61,768 nucleotides of DNA, taken from a virus. Taxonomy: Duplodnaviria; Caudoviricetes. A model generated the notes under the pieces. That model made no database searches and was not told the origin of the DNA. It saw only the letters and a program-made list of their open reading frames with translations. Positions 34,182 through 43,398 of the stretch are shown here, in pieces. Numbering within the stretch: the stretch's first letter is position 1; each line of letters begins with the position of its first letter. Both the position numbers and the translations under genes were made by a program. The stretch covers positions 1 through 61,768 of IMG/VR virus record IMGVR_UViG_3300035665_000033; one strand, 5' to 3'.

Positions 34182-35413
34182 TGGAGATAAGAAAAAAGCC
34201 AGTTGGATTTTATCAAGAGATACACGACTGTGATGCCTTTGCTCTTTTAAAGGCTATAGGCATAATAGTGATAACTCTTTTCTTGTGCTTCTCTTCGTGC
34301 GGATCGCCTGCCATTGCCCAAGAAGAGTGTGTTGTCCTTGGATCTCAGGGGAATCCATTGCCCATGGGTATGGTTAACTACGACAGAACAAACACAGAAA
34401 AAGAAATAAATTGTGTTGTTCACGTACTGCACGATAATCAATACTTTCCAAACAGCAACATAAACCTAGGCGTAATCCAAGGGGCATTTGAACAGCTAAA
34501 TGTTGACTTCGATGGAACCAACATATCATTCAATCTTGTTCATACCACTTACACACACCTTGGGTCATTCTCTTGGGCAGACTCTTATAGGCAAGGTGGA
34601 GGGGTGTGCTTCCCTAATTACGGGACGCAGATGGCTCAGTGGACAAACATGGTTAAGTGGAACACGGCAGAGTATTGCAATGTCTACGTGGCCCCAGACT
34701 TCTGTTCGTCTATCCTTGGGTTCGCATGGGTGACATACTACCCTTGGTCAACGCTTGACGGAGTATGGGTTGAGACTGAGGTGTTTGGCGTCACTGGACC
34801 TCAGCTTACGTGGCGTTTTGAAAACGAGACGCTCACTCATGAGATGGGGCATTACTGTGGCCTTCACCACGTATTCAAGAACGGAGACGGCATCGTCTCT
34901 TCCTGCGGACAGAACATTGGTGACTGTGAACACACTGGCGACTACATATGCGACACCCCTCCTACTAAAGTAAGCCAGGGATGCCCTGAGGAGCCTGGCT
35001 ACTATTGCCCAGAGGTGACGTATTATGGGGTTCCGTTTCAGGCAAATAATCACATGGACTACTGCCCAGAAGAGTGCAGAGACACATTTACTACTGGCCA
35101 GATAAACAGGATGCACGCCATGCTTGAGTACCAGAGGTCAGAGCTTTTCTCTGACGAAACTTTTTGTTTCGGAGATTTTGATGGGGATTGCCATGTCGGG
35201 ACTAGCGACCTTCTCTATCTTCTTTCTTATTACGAGTGTCAAGGATGTACTCAGGGTGACTTAGACCTAGATCATAACGTAACGTCAAATGACTTAAATT
35301 TGTTGCTGTCGGTATATGGCGATGAATGTAACTGCGGAGGCTTGCAGCTACAGCGTCACCCAGCAAGAAAGCCAGAAGACATGATGGAGGTAATACAAAA
35401 AATAAAACAATAA
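34181..35413 (+). CDS. M43 (pappalysin/ulilysin-like) zinc metalloprotease with C-terminal dockerin-like repeats
   Basis: HEMGHYCGLHH zinc motif, GDYICDTPP, Met-turn NHMDY, two GDxDxDxxVxxxDL repeats, N-terminal hydrophobic helix. Confidence 0.85.
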   Translation: MEIRKKPVGFYQEIHDCDAFALLKAIGIIVITLFLCFSSCGSPAIAQEECVVLGSQGNPLPMGMVNYDRTNTEKEINCVVHVLHDNQYFPNSNINLGVIQGAFEQLNVDFDGTNISFNLVHTTYTHLGSFSWADSYRQGGGVCFPNYGTQMAQWTNMVKWNTAEYCNVYVAPDFCSSILGFAWVTYYPWSTLDGVWVETEVFGVTGPQLTWRFENETLTHEMGHYCGLHHVFKNGDGIVSSCGQNIGDCEHTGDYICDTPPTKVSQGCPEEPGYYCPEVTYYGVPFQANNHMDYCPEECRDTFTTGQINRMHAMLEYQRSELFSDETFCFGDFDGDCHVGTSDLLYLLSYYECQGCTQGDLDLDHNVTSNDLNLLLSVYGDECNCGGLQLQRHPARKPEDMMEVIQKIKQ

Positions 35414-35414
35414 G

Positions 35415-35648
35415 ATGTCAAACGAACCTAAGGTAATCAAGAGATTTGGAAGGGAAAAGATCATCAATAAAGGATCTTGGACCGTTGGGATTGACGGAAA
35501 GGAAGTTCCGTTTGAAGGAAAAGAAGTTGTTGTCTCCAAGAATGGAGCTATTATAAAGAAGAAGTTTAAGGCCGTAGGTAGCGCTCCAGATGGGGCCAAG
35601 ATTAGAATAAACGACAAGACCAGAATAACTGGCGGATCTAGAAGGTAA
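35415..35648 (+). CDS. Small basic hypothetical protein
   Basis: 77 aa, last gene of the plus-strand block. Confidence 0.55.
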   Translation: MSNEPKVIKRFGREKIINKGSWTVGIDGKEVPFEGKEVVVSKNGAIIKKKFKAVGSAPDGAKIRINDKTRITGGSRR

Positions 35649-35690
35649 TACTTAAACTAAACATATATGCCCGTTATGTAACCTAAGGGC

Positions 35691-35717
35691 AAAAAGAAAG
35701 GGGCTCGCGCCCCTTTC
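35691..35717 (-). terminator. Rho-independent terminator between convergent operons
   Basis: GAAAGGGGC-tcgc-GCCCCTTTC perfect stem, T5 tail on the minus strand. Confidence 0.8.
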
Positions 35718-35776
35718 CTGTTATCTGCATATACCGAAATGGTATAGCTGACTTATCCAGCATTGAGAGACATGCT

Positions 35777-37675
35777 TCATCGTACTGGGCATGCTCCTGA
35801 ATCACAGTCAGAAACCTCAACCTCATCGAACCCAAGGCTAGACAGGCCAGTGATAGGTTCAACCTTAGCGCTCATCTCAATGTACGTGGCCTCATCGATC
35901 TCCTCTAAAGGAGCTTGATCAAACCCGTGGTCAGAGTGCAGCAAGAAAGAGACCGACTTCACAATGTGCAGGTTGTTTTTCAACCACAGCTTGATGTCGT
36001 CCAACTCATGGAGTCTGTAGTAGATGGTCACAGACACAGCGTTATCAGACCACTCTTTCTGCAACCGCTTGATAACTTCCAGCTGATCAATCGCCGTCAT
36101 GTCCTTCGCCAAAGTTGTCCCTTGGGGAAACTTGCATGGGAAGCTTACAACGCTTGTGCCCCTGTCAAGTGTTCCGTCGAAGTTGCGGACATACTCTACA
36201 TGATACCCTTTGTCCTTAGCAACCGCCACTAGCTCGCTCTCAGAAGCCATACGGATTCTGCGGATGTAGTACTGGCTGTATGCTGGATGCGCTCCTGGGG
36301 TGACGCCAGCAAGAAGGCTGAGCGTTCCAGACGGCTTCACCGTAGTGAGCTTGATGCTCTTAGGGAAACCAGCGAGCCTAGAGTATTCGTCGTCGTAGCT
36401 TCTGAGATAGCTGTAGCACAAGTCAAGCCATGAACGCTGCTCCTCAGTAGCCTGAAGGTATCCAGTGACACCAATTCCCATACGCATGTTCTTGTGTACG
36501 ATGTGCTCGGTTTCTTTCACGGCGCACTTGATGGCAAGGCTATGCTTGTTGACCCTGTACAAGTACGTTGCAACCTTCTTCAGCTCTTCGTAGGACTCTA
36601 TGTTGGGCAGGTAGATCTCAGCCAAGCAGCACGTCTCGAAGTTCGCGAGGCTTTGCTCTGCACATGGATTGAATCCTTGCACGTCTGGGTCAGGGTATTG
36701 AGTCTCTCCAGTGCGCCCCATCTTACGTGAGGCAGTCAGGTTGATGATGCCGTATGGCTCTCCATTCCCGTTGTATCCTTCCCAGAACGACTCATGAACG
36801 TTGTCGATGTTACCACACACAACGCTGTTGTTTGACATCGCTCTCCAGTTCGGAACATTACCAAGATCCCAGCGCTTAGCGTTCAGGTACTCTACATCGT
36901 CTGCGTCACCAATGGCGATCTGCGCTGAGCGTCTAACGTTACCAGCTACCACGATGCGGCCAATTATGTTCATGATGTCGAGACAATCTACTGGCTTGAG
37001 AAACTGAGCGTTCTTGGAGTTTAGGATTTTGTTTATCTCCATCATACCCCATACCAAATCCTCTGGCCCTGATGCCGTACCACCGAATCCCTTAATTGGT
37101 GTGCCCTTGGCTCTGATGAGATGCGTTGCGAAGGTGAATCCCTTTCCAGTAACGAACGATGCCTCAAGGACACGTCTGAGCAACTCTACCCATCCTTCTC
37201 TGCTGTCGGGAACGATGAAGTCCGCATCATTCTTGTCAACCCTTTCGATGTGGACGTTTGCCCGTGGACGAGGAAGTTCCTGTACATTCTCTCTCTGGAT
37301 GTTGAACCCTACGCCACTGCCAAGCATGAGCATTTCGAATGCCCAAGTGAATGGCCTGATGGGATGATCCACTACCACGAAAGCGCAGTTCTGAAGCGAT
37401 GGGAGCCCAAGGCGATCCACGGTCTCAGTGCCAAGCTGCCACAGGAATCGCCCTGCTACGGTTCCCTTCAGGGACAACATGATTTGCCTCAGGTCTTCTT
37501 GTTCCTGATCAGAGAAACCACACCCAAGTTGATCATTGCAAGCTTTTACAACGCGCTCAACCGTCTCAGGCCACTCTTCTGTACGTCCTTCGTAAGGACG
37601 GGCATAGGTACGCTTAAAGACAGGGTACCCTACTTCCCCCCACGGAGTGAGGGAGCTAACATTTGAAACAGACAT
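35777..37675 (-). CDS. nrdJ: Class II (B12-dependent) ribonucleotide reductase
   Basis: LQNC, GNVRRSA, NPCAEQ, TTVKPSGT, C-terminal CDSGACP; no small-subunit gene. Start moved to the ATG downstream of the promoter box. Confidence 0.9.
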   Translation of the reverse strand: MSVSNVSSLTPWGEVGYPVFKRTYARPYEGRTEEWPETVERVVKACNDQLGCGFSDQEQEDLRQIMLSLKGTVAGRFLWQLGTETVDRLGLPSLQNCAFVVVDHPIRPFTWAFEMLMLGSGVGFNIQRENVQELPRPRANVHIERVDKNDADFIVPDSREGWVELLRRVLEASFVTGKGFTFATHLIRAKGTPIKGFGGTASGPEDLVWGMMEINKILNSKNAQFLKPVDCLDIMNIIGRIVVAGNVRRSAQIAIGDADDVEYLNAKRWDLGNVPNWRAMSNNSVVCGNIDNVHESFWEGYNGNGEPYGIINLTASRKMGRTGETQYPDPDVQGFNPCAEQSLANFETCCLAEIYLPNIESYEELKKVATYLYRVNKHSLAIKCAVKETEHIVHKNMRMGIGVTGYLQATEEQRSWLDLCYSYLRSYDDEYSRLAGFPKSIKLTTVKPSGTLSLLAGVTPGAHPAYSQYYIRRIRMASESELVAVAKDKGYHVEYVRNFDGTLDRGTSVVSFPCKFPQGTTLAKDMTAIDQLEVIKRLQKEWSDNAVSVTIYYRLHELDDIKLWLKNNLHIVKSVSFLLHSDHGFDQAPLEEIDEATYIEMSAKVEPITGLSSLGFDEVEVSDCDSGACPVR

Positions 37676-37708
37676 TTTTTTTTGGTGTTTTTTAATTGGA
37701 CAAGGCGG

Positions 37709-37716
37709 CAAATCTA
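37709..37716 (-). promoter_or_regulatory. -7 promoter box TAGATTTG (nrdJ)
   Basis: Consensus match on the minus strand. Confidence 0.6.
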
Positions 37717-38214
37717 CCTATAATCTAAGTGGTAGTACCACACTCTATATGAATCGATTGTCATCAAATCGAGTATAGAGATCTTCGTTATAACATCGCT
37801 TCTTCCTTGTCTTTGATATTTTTTCTTGTACGCATCTAGAGGGTGCTTCACAAAGACGTCCTCTACATTCTCTTCACAGTATCTGGCAAGATCTTGCCTG
37901 TTGACTATGCAGAATCCTCCTTCTTCTGGCATGTCAAAGGCGATGATATGGGCTGACCCATACATCCATCCTGTGTCTCCGTTGACGTTCTTGAACTCGC
38001 ACCATATCTCATGTGGCAAGTTGTTTCCTTTCACGTCAACGCCCCACCTTTGGTCACCCCCATAGGCCATCCAGAAGTCTACGTGCTCTCTGGTGTCTTC
38101 TGTTCTGGTGGACTTCTCTACAGTCAAGCCTAAGGCCTGTGCCGCAGACTTAAACCTTACTTCAGCGACCTTTCCTGTGGTCGTCGAATATGCTCGTCTG
38201 TTGGGGTTGACCAT
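37714..38214 (-). CDS. PD-(D/E)xK-like nuclease
   Basis: GKVAE...HVDFW...VDVKG...GWMYG. Confidence 0.6.
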   Translation of the reverse strand: MVNPNRRAYSTTTGKVAEVRFKSAAQALGLTVEKSTRTEDTREHVDFWMAYGGDQRWGVDVKGNNLPHEIWCEFKNVNGDTGWMYGSAHIIAFDMPEEGGFCIVNRQDLARYCEENVEDVFVKHPLDAYKKKYQRQGRSDVITKISILDLMTIDSYRVWYYHLDYR

Positions 38215-38443
38215 TGAGATGGTGGTGTTCTGAGTATTGAACTACAGCCTCCCTTATCATATCCATCTCAAGCAATGCCTTCATCCTGAATGAGGAAACC
38301 AGATTTGTAACCTGACCTGGGTGAACTTTGGGGTCACCATTCCCATCAAACAGATCCTCGTAGAGTTCTGTTGCGATTATTTGGAGTCTTTCTGTTGCTA
38401 GGGCGTACACCCTCGCCAGATCCTCCTTTGTTAGATCTATCAT
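38162..38443 (-). CDS. Hypothetical protein
   Basis: 93 aa, co-oriented within the operon. Confidence 0.55.
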   Translation of the reverse strand: MIDLTKEDLARVYALATERLQIIATELYEDLFDGNGDPKVHPGQVTNLVSSFRMKALLEMDMIREAVVQYSEHHHLNGQPQQTSIFDDHRKGR

Positions 38444-38879
38444 CCTTGATTATGCTTATTGCTTCTTCAATTTGTGCTCTGTTCTTAACTATGAAAAGCT
38501 TCGGTTTGTTTTCAAAGTTACGAAGGTAGTTGAGGAAAAGCTTCCATCTCATAGGAAAATCATGATGTGAAGGAGTAAATCCCTTTGTCTCTATGATCCA
38601 GCTTCCGTCTTTAGCCACGAAATCGGGTGTATACTTTATGGGGAGAACCGCCTTATTGGTTCTGTCTGACAGGTCTTTACCTGAGGCAGTCATCTTTAAG
38701 TATACGCCATTGTAAACGAACTGATCCATCAGGACATACTCATTTTCCTCATAGACAAATTCTAGGCCGTTGTCACAAAGTAAGTCAGCGCACTGCTTTT
38801 CAAGGCTGCTTTTGTAGCGGCCCAAGTGCTTTTTACGAGCACTGGACCTGGGCTGCGTGCCCTGCTTTACTTTCTTCAC
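38346..38879 (-). CDS. T7 endonuclease I-like Holliday junction resolvase
   Basis: YKSSLE...FVYE...YTPDFV...IIETKG. Confidence 0.75.
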   Translation of the reverse strand: MKKVKQGTQPRSSARKKHLGRYKSSLEKQCADLLCDNGLEFVYEENEYVLMDQFVYNGVYLKMTASGKDLSDRTNKAVLPIKYTPDFVAKDGSWIIETKGFTPSHHDFPMRWKLFLNYLRNFENKPKLFIVKNRAQIEEAISIIKDDRSNKGGSGEGVRPSNRKTPNNRNRTLRGSV

Positions 38880-38883
38880 ACGG

Positions 38884-38891
38884 CAAAGTTA
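38884..38891 (-). promoter_or_regulatory. -7 promoter box TAACTTTG, 4 nt before GTG start
   Basis: Consensus match in intergenic gap. Confidence 0.65.
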
Positions 38892-38926
38892 CACCCTATT
38901 TCTGGTTGCTAGACATGAATTAAGCG

Positions 38927-40708
38927 TTAATTGAATTGATGATATACATCAAACTGTAAACCAGCTGGTTCGAACAACTCTCTTCCAGTTGAATTTATCC
39001 TGAATGCAGTCATCGGAGTGTTCATAGTGAAGGTGATTGGGTTGTCTATTGGCGATGGTGCGCCTCCAGTCTCTGTCTCCCTCACTTTACGCACATGGAG
39101 TTCAGTTGTTTTGCGAAGACTTGGGTCTGGCGCCTGAACCTTTCTGTGTATAGTTACGAAGCAGTCTGCCCTGTTGACAAACTTGCCCCCTCCTTCAGTG
39201 TCCTCTGCATACGGAGCCACAGGCAGACCGTCATCCCCCTTCCTGCGCTGAGCCTCAGTCACAGCGTGCATGTTCAACCACACAGCAATGTTGTTCGCCT
39301 TGCTGAACGTCAGGAACTCTGACGCAGCTTCGTAGTGATAGTCATGCACCCCGATGTTTGAGTTCCCCATGTCCAGCTTGAGGCTGTTGTATGGATCTAC
39401 GAACACGGCATCCACAGGTTGGTGGCGCAGCACCTTCTCCAAGAACAGGATAATCTCAGCGTAGCTATACACTTGGTTGTTGTTGATCACCGTGAAGTGT
39501 TCTTGCACCCATTTGTAAGCGGTCTTGCGCTGGTCGTAAGACATCTCGTTCACTCGCTTGTTGAACCCGAACTGCATCAGCGTCATCTTAAGCGAAGAGG
39601 TCCTGTTCTCAGAGGAGTACACTACCCACTTCCATCCGTGACGCACAGCTGCATTCACCATGAGATACAGGGCCATGGTCGTCTTGCCTACGTTGCTGTG
39701 GCCGTTGATGATCAGGAACTCTTTCTTATACCTGAAGTATTTGTCAAGCTCTTGATCGCCCGTGTCAAGCCCAACCTGGATGTTGCCGTTGGCGTAGCTG
39801 TCAATCCACCTGAAGTCCTCGTCGTCAGACGACACGAAAGACATGTCACCATCGCTCAAGAGCATCTCTCGCTGAGCGCTCTTCTCGTTAGACATAAGCG
39901 TCTTGATGGGGTCCTTCTTTCCAAGCTCGATACCATCCCTGATGGTAGCCAGAGCCTGATCTTCTGACTCGATGTTCTTCTTGCAGATCTCCCTATGCAA
40001 CACCCTTACGACTTCCTCCTCTTCCATCCTCCCAGCGGATATGTAACCTCCGCATAGACGGGCAGACTTTAGGAGAGCCGCATGCTTGGCGCCGTCCTCT
40101 GCAACCCTGATCATCTTGGCTGCAAGATTCAGCTTCATGTAGTCGGTGTAGTGATCTTTAGATACCGCTACCTGACTGTCGCTACGCTCACTCGTGAAGG
40201 CACCAAACTTATCAGCAGATTCATTGACTACGATGTCTGGATCGAAGGACTCAAAACAGGCCCTAGATTCGTTGATCCCTGACTCGTCTGGGCTTACGCC
40301 GTACTGCTTGTTAAAGTACGTTTTAAGGGCCCTGAAATGGTCCCTGTGGCGCTCTGGATTCGTGACCCTTACGAGAAGCTTGATGCCATCTCCAGAAGGA
40401 GAGATCCAAGTCGCATAAGCATACGGGTCCGTGGCTAGCACAGACTTCGTCATAGACGCTGAGTCTACGTGGTCGAAGTCCAGAACGATAAACCCACTGT
40501 GGTCAAACAGTCCGTCATCAGATCTGTCTGAGAACTGACCGCTGAACAGGACGATGGGTAGCTTTTTCTTGGCTTCCTTGTCGCCATTCCGAACCAGTTC
40601 TATAGCATCCTTGCTAGACCCCTCTGCGATCCTCCGAAGGGCGTAACCCATGGAGATATAACGAGGTGCCTTCGTGTGGTAGATGCTCTCAAAGATTGTT
40701 ACTTGCAT
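38927..40708 (-). CDS. Primase-helicase (BT4734/VirE-N-like primase domain + SF4 DnaB-like helicase)
   Basis: KKKLP...FIVLDFDH...ISPSGDGIK...RACFES; Walker A GHSNVGKT; VFVDPYN. Confidence 0.85.
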   Translation of the reverse strand: MQVTIFESIYHTKAPRYISMGYALRRIAEGSSKDAIELVRNGDKEAKKKLPIVLFSGQFSDRSDDGLFDHSGFIVLDFDHVDSASMTKSVLATDPYAYATWISPSGDGIKLLVRVTNPERHRDHFRALKTYFNKQYGVSPDESGINESRACFESFDPDIVVNESADKFGAFTSERSDSQVAVSKDHYTDYMKLNLAAKMIRVAEDGAKHAALLKSARLCGGYISAGRMEEEEVVRVLHREICKKNIESEDQALATIRDGIELGKKDPIKTLMSNEKSAQREMLLSDGDMSFVSSDDEDFRWIDSYANGNIQVGLDTGDQELDKYFRYKKEFLIINGHSNVGKTTMALYLMVNAAVRHGWKWVVYSSENRTSSLKMTLMQFGFNKRVNEMSYDQRKTAYKWVQEHFTVINNNQVYSYAEIILFLEKVLRHQPVDAVFVDPYNSLKLDMGNSNIGVHDYHYEAASEFLTFSKANNIAVWLNMHAVTEAQRRKGDDGLPVAPYAEDTEGGGKFVNRADCFVTIHRKVQAPDPSLRKTTELHVRKVRETETGGAPSPIDNPITFTMNTPMTAFRINSTGRELFEPAGLQFDVYHQFN

Positions 40709-40941
40709 TGCCCGTACTTTAACTCAGCCGCCTTGTCTAAGTACCACTTAGCCTTCATGATGTCTTTGTCAGCCGTCTCGCCAAGCTTTGTGCCAGCACG
40801 CATCTTGTACTTGAAGGCGTTCATCTCGCAAAAGGAGATAAACTTCTCAACCCCCCAGATGTCTATCATCATCTCCCAAGCCTCTTTAGAGAACTCATTG
40901 TAGTGGCGGGGGCTGTTTATGAACTCATATTTTTCTTCCAT
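40699..40941 (-). CDS. DUF3310 / T7 gp1.7-like protein
   Basis: INSPRHY...FCEMNAFKY..RAG.K...DI.KAKWY. Confidence 0.75.
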   Translation of the reverse strand: MEEKYEFINSPRHYNEFSKEAWEMMIDIWGVEKFISFCEMNAFKYKMRAGTKLGETADKDIMKAKWYLDKAAELKYGQCK

Positions 40942-41165
40942 AGGAACTTGTGATTGATTACTTTTTTGACTATGATTTTTCTTTCACCCTTGTAGGTGGA
41001 TGGGTAACACTGCCTCTCGATTATTGATCGACTGTGGTCGTCTGCCATGATGTCTCCTGGGTCAGGTGAAGAACACAGGCACCAAACCTCCTTGTTTGTT
41101 ACCCTCTTGTCCTTCTTGTATGCCACCAGAAGATTGCAGTAGACTATATCTTTTTTTTCGTTCAT
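40917..41165 (-). CDS. Hypothetical protein
   Basis: 82 aa, overlaps neighbours within the operon. Confidence 0.55.
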   Translation of the reverse strand: MNEKKDIVYCNLLVAYKKDKRVTNKEVWCLCSSPDPGDIMADDHSRSIIERQCYPSTYKGERKIIVKKVINHKFLWKKNMSS

Positions 41166-41584
41166 ATGACGTCGAGCTTGAATTTTCTTTTGATCAGGGG
41201 AACCATCTCTTCCAGAGAGAGAGACTTACCAGAGCATGAAGCTGACTCCATGACTACGCAGTTGTCTCCTTTCTTATTCTCTATCATCACGATGGTGAAG
41301 TCCTCTGTGTTGCTTGGTATAGACACTACGTATCCTTCGTGCTCTAGTATGATGCAGAAGAAAGAAACTTGCTTACCTTCTTTTCCAACACCGCTAAAAG
41401 AGTGAGGGCCGATGAGTTCTAAACCCTTCAGCCCCCACTCTAGAACGGCGTAAAGCCCGAATACTTTAGAAGGGGAGATCCTCTTCAGACGCACTTGGCT
41501 TACTTGAGTAAGAGGACTTGCTCTCTTGTTTCTCTTTGGCCTTCTCGCTGTTGGGATCCCATACAGTGGCGAATGATCGACCAT
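41162..41584 (-). CDS. Hypothetical protein (true start probably further downstream)
   Basis: The C-terminal half looks coding; the 5' part overlaps the SSB-like gene. Confidence 0.35.
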   Translation of the reverse strand: MVDHSPLYGIPTARRPKRNKRASPLTQVSQVRLKRISPSKVFGLYAVLEWGLKGLELIGPHSFSGVGKEGKQVSFFCIILEHEGYVVSIPSNTEDFTIVMIENKKGDNCVVMESASCSGKSLSLEEMVPLIKRKFKLDVI

Positions 41585-41786
41585 TCTTGCTCACACCTAC
41601 CGTCAAGAACACGTTACCCCCAGTTCCGTCTGGCTTTTTAGGGGTGCTATATCGCTTGATCAGGTCTTCAAGCTCGTTGACCTTGAGGCGAAGACGTTGT
41701 GACACGTACTTGCCTTCTTCGTTGTACTTGGGGTCTTCTGCGTATCCTACGAATACGGAGTCATACTTTTTTGAGTTGTCGCTCAT
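41466..41786 (-). CDS. Single-stranded DNA-binding protein-like
   Basis: Small beta protein with flexible tail ending EEDLPF, next to ERF/exonuclease. Confidence 0.65.
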   Translation of the reverse strand: MSDNSKKYDSVFVGYAEDPKYNEEGKYVSQRLRLKVNELEDLIKRYSTPKKPDGTGGNVFLTVGVSKNGRSFATVWDPNSEKAKEKQESKSSYSSKPSASEEDLPF

Positions 41787-41796
41787 TTGAAATGAA

Positions 41797-41886
41797 TTAA
41801 AAAAGGTGAATTAAAAGGGTCATGATTGCTACGTAGCACAGAAGTGCTAGCCCAGAAATGATGGGCGCTTTGATGTTGTTTGTCAT
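41797..41886 (-). CDS. 29-aa hydrophobic peptide (not in ORF track)
   Basis: MTNNIKAPIISGLALLCYVAIMTLLIHLF; ATGA overlap with upstream stop; fills the gap. Confidence 0.45.
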   Translation of the reverse strand: MTNNIKAPIISGLALLCYVAIMTLLIHLF

Positions 41887-42665
41887 ACTTCGAAATAATT
41901 AAAGTCTTTCATTGGATCTTCCTGTGCCTCCATGAAGTTGTTGATCTTGCTTATGGCTTGAAAGAACTTCATCTCTCCCTTGAAAAGGGTTTCTTCTGTA
42001 CACTTGACGACTGCTGGTAGATATGGGTATGCCTTCTCTTGCACAACCCAGAAGAACGTGTTGATCCCAATGGCTTTGCAGTAGATGTAAGCCTGAATGT
42101 CGTAGCACAGCTTGTTGACGTCATACCTGAAGCCATCGACGCTACGTGTAGACTTGCTGTCTGAAATAAAGCCATTGCCAAGGCAATCAAGATAACCCTT
42201 AACAGTAACGCCATTGATCTTCGTGTATATTTCTTTTTGGTATTCGCCAACAAGGTATTGCTGGTATACGCCACAGGAATGGAGGCGGTCGATCATCTCG
42301 TTAGCTGTCTTCCAGTCTTCATGGCTGCAAACCATCTTGCCTTTGCTCTTGAGTTCTTCCTCGATTGAATCCTTTGCCTCTTTGTACTCTTTCGTGGCCT
42401 TGGGGGACTTGGTCGATTGAGTAGCGGCAGAGCATCGTTCCATGATAGCATCATGATCAAGGACAACATACGTACTCATCGCTTTATCTGCATCGAATAG
42501 AAGCATGTCGTACATAGACCCAAACTCCAGCGCGTCTGACTTGTGGTCAAGCAGACCTCTCATATGAAGGTCGAAGAGAGCCGTGTCGGTGAGGGCCCTC
42601 TTGATGGAAGAGTACGACAAGTGTTCCTTGCCGTACCGATCCATCAATTTCTCCGAGAGGTTCAT
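41883..42665 (-). CDS. RecE/exonuclease VIII-like PD-(D/E)xK exonuclease
   Basis: LSYSSIK...FGS...KGYLD...ISDSKS...YDIQAYIY. Confidence 0.75.
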   Translation of the reverse strand: MNLSEKLMDRYGKEHLSYSSIKRALTDTALFDLHMRGLLDHKSDALEFGSMYDMLLFDADKAMSTYVVLDHDAIMERCSAATQSTKSPKATKEYKEAKDSIEEELKSKGKMVCSHEDWKTANEMIDRLHSCGVYQQYLVGEYQKEIYTKINGVTVKGYLDCLGNGFISDSKSTRSVDGFRYDVNKLCYDIQAYIYCKAIGINTFFWVVQEKAYPYLPAVVKCTEETLFKGEMKFFQAISKINNFMEAQEDPMKDFNYFEV

Positions 42666-43279
42666 CGAACGAACTTCTTGATGGCTTCTTTCTGTCGGTC
42701 GGACAGGTCGTTGCCATACTTAGCTACCACGTTCTCGTAAGCCTTCTTCTTGTCGGAAGCAGACTTGATGTAGGCGATAGCCTTATCCATGATGGATGGC
42801 TCTTGGCTGGCCTCTTCTTCTGCAATGGCGTCACGTGCAGCTGCACCTCCGATTGGAACGCTACCCATAGGCTTCGCTGGCTCCTTACCGTGGGTGTTGG
42901 TAGAGTCGCTATCCTTGGTGTCGTCGATCAGGAACATGCCATTGAGAGCATACTTGCGAGCATAAGATGACGTTGCGCCAGTAACCTGTGATGCATCCAT
43001 GCCCTTCTTGGTCTCTTCTTCACGAGCATAGGCATTCACGCTGTGTGCGTTCCCATCATGGTCAAAGACAGTTACCGTGGACATGATGTATACACGGCTA
43101 CCATGCTCTTCGATCCTATCGGAGATAGTCATGGTAAGTCCATGCTTCATAAGCAATGGCTTCACCGCTTCGAGGATGTCCTCGCATGAGCGATAGTTGT
43201 ACTTACCGAAGGAATTGAACTGGCCTTTGGGGGCCTTTAAATCTGACTGAACAGCCAGCAACTTTGATTGAATGTTCAT
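42662..43279 (-). CDS. erf: ERF-family single-strand annealing protein
   Basis: KYNYRSCEDILEAVKP...QVTGATSSYARKYALNGMF.IDD.KDSD. Confidence 0.9.
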   Translation of the reverse strand: MNIQSKLLAVQSDLKAPKGQFNSFGKYNYRSCEDILEAVKPLLMKHGLTMTISDRIEEHGSRVYIMSTVTVFDHDGNAHSVNAYAREEETKKGMDASQVTGATSSYARKYALNGMFLIDDTKDSDSTNTHGKEPAKPMGSVPIGGAAARDAIAEEEASQEPSIMDKAIAYIKSASDKKKAYENVVAKYGNDLSDRQKEAIKKFVR

Positions 43280-43398
43280 TTAAAATGAATTAAGGGTTTG
43301 TGTTTTTTTTGATATAAAAGGACGAGCTTTGTTTCATCAGGCTCAACACGTAAGCCCGTTGCAGACTCTCTCTGCACACCATGCGCTTGTCCAGTCGG

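Noticed and set aside
43330-43345. Hammerhead ribozyme core (CTGATGA on minus strand)
   Set aside because: No stem II and no separate GAAA after CTGATGA.
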